From the NCBI RefSeq assembly GCF_009914755.1, contig NC_060930.1: 64,000 nt of DNA. One strand, written 5' to 3'. Positions 47,333 through 64,000 of the stretch are shown here, in pieces. Position 1 is the first letter of the stretch; the number at the start of each line of letters is the position of its first letter. The stretch is from the human T2T-CHM13v2.0 reference genome, Homo sapiens. The translations under genes and the position numbers were made by a program. The notes below the pieces were generated by a model. It was not told where the DNA came from and ran no database searches. It saw only the letters and a program-made list of their open reading frames with translations.

Positions 47333-47974
47333 TAAGCCGTACCATGTTCCAGAAAGGACTTAAGATGTCATAATATAATTTCTTGGGAAAGGAAATCAAC
47401 ATAGCCAAGATCTGAAAAAAAATGAGAGCCTTTTCACAATTATTCTATGTAGGTTTTGACTGGCTTGGCCACATCTTCCCATTTTGAGTGTTTGGCTTCC
47501 TCAGTGTTAAAACAAATTTTGCCCATCCTCTTTGCAGAGGAGTAATTTTTAAACTCTAATAGAAAAACTTATAAACACACACAACAGTGCAGAGAACAGT
47601 ACTGTAATCCTCACATGCCCATCAGCCAGTTTCGACAATCATCAACTTGTTATGCAAACTCAAAGCAAAAAAACCGAAAATGTATGACAAATCTTTGAGT
47701 TGACACTATAATTCTCATAAATAAGTAGCTTCCTCTTTTCAAAGAAAATGCAAAATTCTGATATTCCAGACTAAGGCTTTCTCCTCATCCCATAATAACA
47801 GTTCACTGAAAAGTAAAAATATTTTTATCCAACTTCACCTTTTAGGCTATACTACATGAACCGGACTGAGTTTTCTTTTTCTTTGTTTTTCAGCAACAAA
47901 GCTGAATCTACAAGCACAAGCTCTTTAGGCATTCAAAGTAGGAGGCAGAATGCGGTTTGTTAAGATTTCCATTC

Positions 47975-48372
<398 letters not shown>

Positions 48373-48807
48373 TTAGTGGGGTACACTGTTTCCTGTGTAT
48401 CCCTCTAACCATTAAAGTTCCCTTGTTTTCATCTCTTCTCCAGACTGAATATTCTGTTTCCTCTATTAAAAAAAAAAAAGACAATGAGTCCAAAGTATGT
48501 TTGAATATAGAATTGACACGATGATATTTTGCCTTCAGCCAAATCTGAATGTATTTTCCATTACTGCGTATTCTCACAGAGGCTTCTCTATGAGATTCAT
48601 TGTTGTTAATTTTTCACATCTGTAATTTAATTTGAGATGCCTCAGTTATTAAGTTATTAAGCCTCGTTACTTTGCATGAGGTCTTTGATCTTGCAGCGTG
48701 ATGTGGATGAAAGAATACAAACTTTGGAATAGGACAGATCTTTTGAATCCTAGGCCTCACTACTTAACAGCTTGTCAGTCACTGAACAAGTTATTTAACC
48801 AAACTGA

Positions 48808-49507
<700 letters not shown>

Positions 49508-50459
49508 TGATGACCCCAGAAGACACTAAGGATTGGAACAGTAGCTCATGAACTTTGACTTTTTAAACACTTCACACTGCACAGTTAAAAACAGTAGAAT
49601 ACTAAGCAAATGGAAAGTAAGGATTATGAGCCATGCGTGAATGTTTAATTTTCTTTTTTTAAAAAAGTGCTTTCGAGTACTGTGTAAGAGAGGCTAGTGA
49701 CTTAGATACCCACACTATACAATTCTGTTCTAAATTTTAACCTTTGTCTGTAGATAACTGTTTGGCCTTGGGCATGTCACTTAACCTCTCTGGGCCTCAG
49801 TTTCCTCATGTGTAAAATGAGGAAATTGGGCTAGGTCATCTCCGAAGAGATTCCTGTATTATTTTGCTTTAACTCTGGAGCATGCAGTGAAAAAAGCAGA
49901 AGTATTTGAGGCAGGCAGACTTAGGTTTTGTTTCCCTGCTGTCAGATCTTGAGCAATTAACGTATCTTAACATGGGCTTCCGGTGACTTATCTGTAAATT
50001 GAGGACAATACCAATTTCATGAGATTGTTGTGAGAGTTACAGACTATGGGGGTATATCTCCCCTCTCAGCCATTGTTAATTCAGTTATCACCTCCATCTC
50101 TCCCCCTTCTCCCTCTCCACGGTATATTAATGTCATGACATTCCTATTTATATTACACCGTGGACAGTAGGATTAATGAAACAATGGCCTCTGGGCATTG
50201 AATTTCTCTCTTTGTCACGGTCACTGTGTCCACATCTGGATGCCAACCACCACTACTGCTACAATGTAGAACTCAGGCCAGCCACCCTAGGCAGTGTGTG
50301 GGGGTGATTTTTGTGCTGTAAAATTCTGACCAAAGGAGGAAACTGAGTACCAAGTACTTACACAATATCTTCACCTCTCTGATTGTTCTTAATGTAGCAC
50401 ATTTCCCCTTGTTTCCAAGAGTATTTTCTCGATGTGCCCAGGGACGCTGAGCTGGACAA

Positions 50460-50720
50460 GGCTAGTGTAGTGTATTCAGTGCTGGGGAGGGAAGGGGCCC
50501 TCTGGAGCCGGATCATTTGGCTTCCAATCCAGCTTTGCAGATTCCTAGTGTGTGTGACGTGAGGCTAATTATGTTCTCTCTCTGATTCTCAGTTTCTGTA
50601 TATGTAAAATGGAGATACTAACATTACCTACCACTGTGCAAATGAAATGTATGAATACATATCAAGTGCCTGGAATGGCGCATGGTGCCTAGTAAGTGTA
50701 AATAAGTGTTGTATTTATTC
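50460..50720 (+). mobile_element. MIR
   Basis: CTCTGATTCTCAGTTTCTGTATATGTAAAATGGAGATA...GTGCCTGGAAT...GTGCCTAG. Confidence 0.65.
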
Positions 50721-52486
50721 CACCCAATTGCCCTCGTTAAGGGGAAAATTAGCAATGAACAATTTCCCCTTGTTAAGGTGCTAGAAAAAATGCAGTCCCC
50801 CAAAGTGCCATTACAAAGGGTCTGGAAGATTTTCTGAAACTCAGACAAAAGCAGCTTGAATTCCCTCCGTCCCTCAGCTTCCCATAGTACCAGAGCTCAT
50901 CCTGCACAAGGAATGAGAGGAGCAGAGTAACTAAGAATCTGGCATTGGTGAGTGGGATCGATTGTACCAGGTGCGCTGTTCACAGGCGCGTCAGTCCACG
51001 TACTGCAACGCTAGGAAACACAGGGAGCCAACAGCAATCCCAGGCCAGTGTTAACTGACTCTTGAAAAGAGAAAACCTAACAATTCCCAAATAACCTGAA
51101 TCTTCTCTGTGTCTACCTCAGTAAAATATGTGGTGTTGTTTCCACCAGAATGAGGGAGCACCTGAACCAGACTGAAACCGGGTGTTTCAGTGAGAGGCAT
51201 CTTGCCCATCTCCCTATCAGCTTCCATCTATTGTATCCCAGCGGAGGTAAGAGCAGGAGACAGTGTGCCGTATGAATTAGACATGAGGCCATGTACCTTC
51301 AGAGTCCGCCAGTGGTCCCCAGAGAATTGAGAGCTATGGTAGAATGAAGACGGTAGCTTCCCCTCTCTCCAAGAGTAGGGGGCTCACATCATGGCTTCTT
51401 GTAGCTTACGATCTTGGACAGATCTTTTCAATTCTCCACACTGGGTTTTCTCAGCCAAGGAATGATAATAACTGCTAATCTCATGGTGGCAAAGGAGGAG
51501 AAGGCACATGCTGTGAGCCATGAATTATGAACTCTTTAATAACTTATAACTCATTAATTCTAAAGCCAAGAGCATCACTCCTGGCACATAGAAAGAGGAA
51601 GGTTGTGGTGATGAAGTTTTTTTGAGTGGAAGATATGAAAGAAGCAGAAACTCAGGCTCCTTCAGGAATAACAGAATGATTTTGTGAAGTGGAATGTGTA
51701 ATCCTGTGCTGGGGTTGGAAGGGATACTCTCATCATTTAAAGTGGAGAAACCAGGCACAGGGAGACGAAATGATTTGTCTGTGTTGCATGATTTAGCAGC
51801 TGAACCTGGCCACAAAGATAAGACTTTTAAGTCCTTCAAGACAATAATCTTTCTATATTTAGTGCTTCTTATAATTTCTTTCTGAAATGTCATAGATATC
51901 TGAGCAAAGGGGCAGTATGAATATTTTGGTGTCTATACTAATACTGAAATTTGGGTTTCAATGACAGGATTCTTAAAAAGTGTTCAGAATTTATGGGAAA
52001 AGAGTGCATATCAATATTACATCAAAGTCTTATAGGTATACTATATAATACAGTTTTTGAAATGTATACATTTACCATAAAGGAGATCCGTTCTGTTTTA
52101 CATTGTTGTTGATTTTGAAGCAGCTTCTTTGTATTCTTTAATTTATATACATACAGTTCACTCTCTTTAGTGTGCAGTTCCGTGTGTTTTGATAGTGGTA
52201 TAGAGTCACGCATCCACTACCGCCATCAAGAACAATTCCGCCAGTTCCCAAAATTCCCTCATGCTGCCCCTGGGAGCCAACCCCTACCCCCAGTGTCCCC
52301 TTGCCAAATCCTGACCTGTTCTCCATCCCTGCTGCTTGCCTTTTCCGGAAAGTCATATTTTTATCATAGCGTATGTAGCAATTGAGGGCTGAGAAAGCGC
52401 TGCTGCTGCTTCTTTCTTTTCTATTAATGAATGCCTTTTGTATGTTACAAGGTGCTCGTGAGGGTCTCTCTTAGATCCTCAGGCAG

Positions 52487-52823
52487 TTTTATTTTTATTT
52501 ATTTATTTATTTATTTAGAGACAGCATCTCATTCTGTTGCCCAGGCTGGAGTGCAGTGATGCGATCTTGGCTTATTGCAGTGGTGCAATCTTGGCTTATT
52601 GCAGCCTCCACCTCCCAGGCTTAAGCAATCCTCCCACCTCAGCCTCTTGAGTACGTGGGACTACAGGCGCATGCCACCACACCCAGCAAATTTTTTGTAT
52701 TTTTTGTAGAGATGGGGTTTCGCCATTTTGCCCAGGCTGGTCTTGAACTCCTGGACCCAAGCAATTCACCTGCCTTGGCCTCCCTAAGTGCTGGGATTAC
52801 AGGCATGAACCACCGCTCCCAGC
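52487..52823 (-). mobile_element. AluJ with a 24-bp internal tandem duplication
   Basis: ATCTTGGCTTATTGCAG occurs twice (52564, 52588). Confidence 0.88.
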
Positions 52824-53392
52824 CCTCTGGTAGTTTTAATATCTATTGAGTATTGGTTCCTTTTGCCCTGCTTTTCTTTTTCCATGTTATTTGTTTTGCC
52901 CATAAATAACAGAAGCAGCTGGGCCCGTTATTTTTTTGAAAAAGTAGGGCTATTCTTAGTAATATTATTCATTTGGGGCAATAAACTAAAAGTAAGTACA
53001 GCATTTAATTATGTAATTAAACTTGTACTTTTATTACCTTTGATTTTTCAATATCAGTGATTCAGAATGAATAGTAGAAACACCGTGAACTTAATTGGAA
53101 GAACAAGAACAACCAAAAGTGTGTCCCACTTTTATTCTGAAAACACATGTGACAGACTCATAAAAGTTGCCATCAATCAATCAGATCATACAAGAGCATC
53201 ATGGTGAGCATGCCACAACGCCCCAGTATGGTTTCTTATCAGAATTCTTACAGGAAAAACTCTGCTTAGGTTTGCAGATGGCTCAATGGTTTATTTTTTC
53301 CTATAAATTGAATATATTAGTCATTGGTCTTGATCTGAAGATGTCCATAATTCTGTTTCTAAAATATTCAAGTATTTAAAAGTAAAGCCCTT

Positions 53393-53703
<311 letters not shown>

Positions 53704-55250
53704 CTAAAGCCCTTGATGCCGGAAAACTGGATACTGGAAACTGCCACTGCAGTCCCTAAATCAGCCCTAGGCAGAGGAGAGGGTACGAGGGCAAACCACT
53801 GAAGAGGCCAACATTTCTTTGCAGTCTCATTGCTTTATTTTACAAAGTTATTTAAATATTACATTTCTGTCTACTCTATAACTTTTGTAAACTTTTTATT
53901 GCAATATAATCCTATATACAGAAAATTGCACATACCAGAATTGAACAGATCACTGAAGTTTTACATTGCTCTTACCTGTATACACAGCTCAAGAAACCAT
54001 GTTCCTGGTACTCCTAGGACCCCCTACCCCACAAGGGCTCCTTCCCAGACACGTCCAAGATTAACAGTGGTCCTGACTGCATTAATTATGTGTGTGTTTT
54101 TGTGTCGCTGTGTAACTTCTAACGGAAGCCCAGGGCTTTTCATCCAAATGTCCAGGTTAAATGGGTATTTCAGGAAGAAGTGCCAGGCCTAGGTTATTTG
54201 TAGAATAAGACTGTAAACAGAACTGCCCTGCTGTTCTTTATAAAACATTAGGCTTGCAATAGATAGGGACTTAGTTCCCAGACTTAGCAATCTATATATA
54301 CTGTAGTACATGCAGCAACAAATGGAATTTACCATTGACCTTAAACAACTTTTGACCTGTCTCGGTTTGCAAATAGGGGTTAAAATTAAACAAGAGTCGT
54401 AAGTGAGCATAATTTCTTACTTGGCTGCTCGTACATGGAATTGGAGGGAAGGTTTTACAAGTTGTGAATGAATTCTGCATTTATATCTAGCTGGGTGCAG
54501 CCTGGTGCCTTGTTTTGAAGGTGAAGAAGGCACTGTGTGCAGGGCAAGATGAAAATTTGTCTGGTGGAGTCATTAAGAACTTTTCCCCCGGTTACAAACA
54601 AAACAGTTCAGGGCAAACTGTGTTCTATTGATTTCAGACAGAGAGACGACCCTGCTGTGAGAGGCAAATCAATGCTGTACTTTTATTTGAAAGAGTCAGT
54701 AAAACCTAGGAAATGCCACCTGAAATGCAAAATACCTAGGTCAAGCTGTGAACAAACACATCTGAATAAATAGATGGCAGAAAAAGCTTATTACTTGATG
54801 TTCAAGTGCTGCAAACAACAGAATCTCTCATTTCTGGAATCCAATAAAACTTAAGTCCTAAAGAGGCAGTTTTTGAACTCAAAAACCCATCAAAGTGATA
54901 AACGTGTACATGAGTGACGCCTCACCTCATTTAATGTAAGGAAACCTCATACATCTCAATGGTACAGGTCCCTTGTAAAAGGTTGTTTTCAATCTATGTT
55001 CAATGTAGGTTAGTCAGCTATTTAATAGTTACGTTATTGTCATAAGCTCACATGGAAGTATTTCTTTGTCTGGAAGATGTTTTATGAAATGGTATTTTCT
55101 TCCCTTTTTTTCTGCCATTGGAAGAAAACTTTAATGTTATTCACAGTTGCCCTAGAAACAAGAGGCACTGCGCACCACACAGCGCCACGGTGGGAAGCAC
55201 CCGTGTCAGTCCAGATGCAGACAGGGGAGGGAAAGGCATAAGCCACAGTC

Positions 55251-55920
<670 letters not shown>

Positions 55921-56286
55921 TATGCTTTCTTAATGATTGTTACTTGTAGGTATTAGATTTCATAATGTGTTTTTTTATTTGATCTTTGTTTTTTGTACTT
56001 TAATGTATTATTTGAAATTATTCTAATAACCACTGTCCTATTTGGCAGAAGTTACAGAATAATAGTTTTAAGAGAAAATAAGTAAAGGCTCACAAGGTAA
56101 ATATGCCAAAATGCTAACACTAGCTAATTTGAGGGAGTTGGAAAATAAACAATTGGCTACTCCTTTGAACTTTTCTGTACTTTGAAAATCTCCAAGACTT
56201 AAAGAAAGTTGCTGTATTTGGTGAAAAATAAACTCTCTCCTTACTGAGACATAATACTTGGTGCTTTAGTGCTATAGATAATACTA

Positions 56287-57381
<1,095 letters not shown>

Positions 57382-57529
57382 TACACATGAAAGCTAGCGT
57401 CAGGGATAAAAACCGAAGAATGGAATTTACTAGTTTGTTGACTTGGCCCTCATTTATTCCCTACCATTTGCACCTGCTATCTACTTTCTAAAAGAAAAAA
57501 AAATCAGTTAAGATTTTCCTGGGAAAAAA

Positions 57530-58214
<685 letters not shown>

Positions 58215-58327
58215 ACAAATCAAAATATATCCTTGTTTAGCAGAAACATATGATAAAGCAAGATATTTATTGGGATCTCTTTTAAAAATGAGTTTTTTCT
58301 AGTTAATTTTGAGAATGTACCTTTAAC

Positions 58328-58399
58328 TTCCATTAAAGAAATTTAATGGAAATTTCCATTAAAGAAATTTAATGGAAATTTCCATTAAAGAAATTTAAT
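58328..58399. repeat. 26-bp palindromic tandem repeat, 2.8 copies
   Basis: Unit TTCCATTAAAGAAATTTAATGGAAAT. Confidence 0.92.
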
Positions 58400-58604
58400 A
58401 GTGGTTGAGAAATTTTTAAAATCGCCACCTGCCCAGCAGTGGTCATAAAAGTAACATTTTAAAAATAAAATGCAGAAAACGATAAAGACTAAAATAAAAA
58501 TCATCACTAAACTCAATACTCAGAGATAATAGTTCAGTATATGTTTTTTATATAAAAGCATAGTTTTACATGTCTTTACTGGTTTTTATAACCAGCTCTC
58601 CTCA

Positions 58605-59292
<688 letters not shown>

Positions 59293-59479
59293 CCTCACCT
59301 AACAGTATGTCATGGCTTTCCATGTCATGAAGAGTTTGTCACCATAATTTTTAATAGCTCTGTAGAGTGCTATCATTTGAATGCAATATAATTTATTTAG
59401 AAAAGCCCTAACTTACAGACATTTGGGGGGTCTTATTGGTAATCAGTTGTTTTGTTAATAAAATTGATAATTAATGATG

Positions 59480-59690
59480 ATAGATACTTTAACAGCACTA
59501 TGTACCGAGCGCCATTCAGAGGGTTTTAAGTATATTATGTACTTCACAATAAGTTCACATGGTAAACATGCTGCTTTTACTCTAATTTTGAGATAGGGAA
59601 ACTGAGGAACAGAGAGATTAGATAACCTGTCAGTGGTCTCACAGTTAGTAATTGACAGAGCAGGCACTTGAATCCTGCTTAGGTTCGAGA
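59480..59690 (-). mobile_element. MIR
   Basis: ATTTTGAGATAGGGAAACTGAGGAACAGAGAGATTAGATAACCTG. Confidence 0.65.
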
Positions 59691-59773
59691 ACTTGCTTAG
59701 GTTTCAGAATCTCTCCTCTGCCTCAAATAATAATTTATAAATAACTTCCTTGAGACAGATTCCAATAGATTGA

Positions 59774-60100
<327 letters not shown>

Positions 60101-60865
60101 GATATGCACATTTTTAAGGCTTTTAATCCAGAATGTCATATTGCTCTTCCAAAAATTGTACCAATTTATACTCCCACTTGCGGGTTTGAGGGCTCCATTT
60201 CACTCTACCTTTTCCACTATGGGGCATTATTATTTTCTAAATCTTTGCGAGCTTGATAAGTATAAAAAGAGGAATTACTAGGTGCAGTGGTACATGTCTG
60301 TAATCCTAGCCACTCAGGAGGGTGACATGGGATGATCCCTTGAAACCAGGAGTTCAAATCCAGCCTGCGCAATAGAGCAGAGACATTGTCTCTAATAAAC
60401 AAACACAAAAAGAGAGGCTACCTTAGGGTTTTAACTTTAGTAACTTAGTTCCTAACAAGGTTGAGCATGTTTTCTTATGTTAGACATTTGCATAAGCCAA
60501 GGTGCAAAGAGCTGTGTGAAAATGGAAGACCAATTCAGGAATTCCCAGATGTGTGGCAGGACATTTGGGTGTGTGTGGACATTGTTGAAAGATGAGGCCT
60601 GGAACCCAGTGTTGCAAACTACATGTCAACAGGGCCAGACAATGTAGGTGAATGAAACACGTTGGGGCCAGGGTGGCCAGAGAGCTCCTGGATGCCTAAA
60701 ACCCCGGTGAATTGTTGTCAAGGGACAATAGGAATTCAGACTTCCATAGAAAATCTGGTTTTTCCATGTTGGCTCAATTCCACCCTACTGCAGGGGTCAA
60801 ACCAAACAGGCCTACCAATCAAATGTGGTTTATGGGCTCCCAGTCTGCTGTTTGTAGTCTGGAGG

Positions 60866-61280
60866 TGTCTTAGTTTATTTTCTGCTGTGTAACAGAATCC
60901 CTGAGACTGGGTAATTTATAAGAAAAGAGGTTTATCTGGCTCCTGATTCTGGAGGCTGGGAAGCTCAAGAGCACAGCAGTGGCATCTGGTGAAGGCGTTC
61001 ATGCTGCATCATCTCATGGCATAAAGTGGAAGGGCAAGAGAGCACATAAGAGTGAGAACCAAGAGAGGGTCAAGCTTGCTTTTACAATAAATCCACTCCT
61101 GTGATAATGAGCCCAATCCTGCAATTATGAACCCATACTCAAAATAATGACATTAGTCCATTCATGATGTCAGAGCCCTCATGACCTGGTCAGTTCTTAA
61201 GGTCCCACCTCTCAAAACTGTTGCACTGGGGATCAAGTTTCCAACACATGAATTTTGGGGGACACATTCAAACCATAGCA
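60866..61280 (-). mobile_element. MaLR LTR (MSTD/MLT1A-like)
   Basis: TGTCTTAGT...GAGACTGGGTAATTTATAAG...GGGGGACACATTCAAACCATAGCA, typical MaLR termini. Confidence 0.8.
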
Positions 61281-62819
61281 GAGGGCAAGATTGTAAAAGC
61301 TCTTATGTGTTGTGGTCAGCATTTTGGGATCTTCCTGGCCAGAATGTGATCTATAGAACTGAAGTGATGGGTCTGGCCAGGGTTATAATTCTGAGGAGCT
61401 GGCTGGGGCAGTCTGCTTGGTTAGTGACAGTATGAAGCAAAGGAAAGAAATGACAGTTCAGAATCTAGCTCTTGAGGGAGGAGATAAGCATGAAGCTGGG
61501 TCCAGGGGAACAAATGTAGAAATGTAAAATGAGAAATGAAGTGAGGAGTTGGAATTCTGGTAAGGGTGGTAAGAGGCGGCAGAAGAGGTCTAGGATGAGA
61601 CCAAGTCTGAGTTTGCTTGTTTGGTGGTTGAGTGGTGGTGGGGCATCTCAAGCTGGCTTGAAAAATCAGACACAGGGTCAACCATTCAAATAGAAGGGTG
61701 ACAGGATCAGTGCTGATTATAGGAAGAGCCATCTGGTGGTATTGACTGCATCTGGTGGAAATACTGCAGACAGAGAGACCCACTGGCAGGCAATTACAGT
61801 CTTCTTGATGAGAGATGTTGAGCACCTGAGTGAGGACTGTGGCATCAAAGGAAAGCAAAAGGTATGTGTTTGAGCAATGCTATTATCAACCAGCTTGGAG
61901 AACTGCTGGTAGATTGGAAATCCATTGGCGACTCCTGTACTGTGCAAAATTTCAACAGTCGTAGCTGGAAGGGAATAACTAGTGCATTAGGTTAATCGTG
62001 AAGGTGAAAGATTTTGAAGTATGGCAGGGTTTAGTGGAGCAAAGAAGGGAACATTCTCAGGCTACATGTCTGGGAATATGGAAGCTGAAGGCCTTCACCA
62101 CCTCAGGAAAATCTGCTATAATTAGAAGAGTGTTTGACAAGAGCTAAAAATTATAAACAGCAGAGATGCATAGGCAGGCGGCCAATGGACCATGTCAGCA
62201 TTGTAATGAAATCTGAACTGCTCTGAGCCAAGGATTGCCTATGTTTCTCAACTTTTTACTGACATTGCCTAGTCTTCACCAGAAGACTGTCCAAGAATGA
62301 CTCTGGCTTGAAGGCATTTAGGCTGCTACTGAAGATATTAATAAATATAAATTCTCTAGATACATTAAGCTGAAAACCCCAAGAATATCCCATTCATGGC
62401 TTTACCTCCACCATCTACTCTGGAATGTTGGAGGCATGCAAGAAAGTATTTGAATAAGTGAGTAAATTATCTGGAAACAAAATCAACAAGTTCTTTAGCA
62501 CATCTGCACTCCTAAACTAGAGCCTAGAAAATTCACTTAAATTTTCTAGGCTGTAGTTCACATAGCTTGGTAACGAGGGGGAGGCATTAGGAAATTTTTG
62601 AAATCCATTCAATTCTAAAATTCAGGGGTTTTCCTCCTTTCTTCATTTCATCTTTTCCTTTTAAACTAAGGAGTGAATTTGTTGGCAGTTATGCGAGATG
62701 AGTGCAGAGATGTCATATTAAGAATGCTATACCACTGTCTCAGGGACTACAAAACTAGAAACATCCACATCAAACAAAACAGGGTCTCTTTTAGTAAGTT
62801 TCTCGTGTTAAAAATCCTA

Positions 62820-63998
<1,179 letters not shown>

Positions 63999-64000
63999 TA

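Noticed and set aside
58328-58399. CRISPR-like palindromic repeats
   Set aside because: No spacers, eukaryotic intron and no cas genes; it is a simple tandem repeat.

Overview
Alu-dense primate (human-type) genomic DNA from the interior of GCNT2, the I-branching beta-1,6-N-acetylglucosaminyltransferase (I blood group) gene, on the + strand. The window holds two of the three paralogous alternative first coding exons: exon 1B (ATG 8130, donor after 9048, 919 coding nt) and exon 1C (ATG 37723, donor after 38647, 925 coding nt). Exon 1A and the shared exons 2-3 were not found and should lie outside the window. The rest is intron: about 50 Alu/FLAM copies, MIR/L2/L1 fragments, DNA transposons (MER20, MER5, Tigger3, MER81, MER58B), solo LTRs (HERV-H LTR7, HERV-K LTR5, LTR47-like, MaLR) and a decayed RPL21 retrocopy. 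The most noteworthy observations are: an 80-nt insert exactly at the exon 1/exon 2 junction of the RPL21 retrocopy; a sense LTR7 with an extra U3 repeat nested in an Alu inside MER58B; a unique-sequence inverted duplication tied to a 730-bp TG minisatellite just after exon 1C; uORFs on both first exons; a PORE-like double octamer in the 1C promoter; a candidate intronic poly(A) site after exon 1C; and several perfect hairpin arrays. No CRISPR-like or wholly new multi-gene system is supported. Repeat boundaries and subfamily names were read by eye and are approximate.
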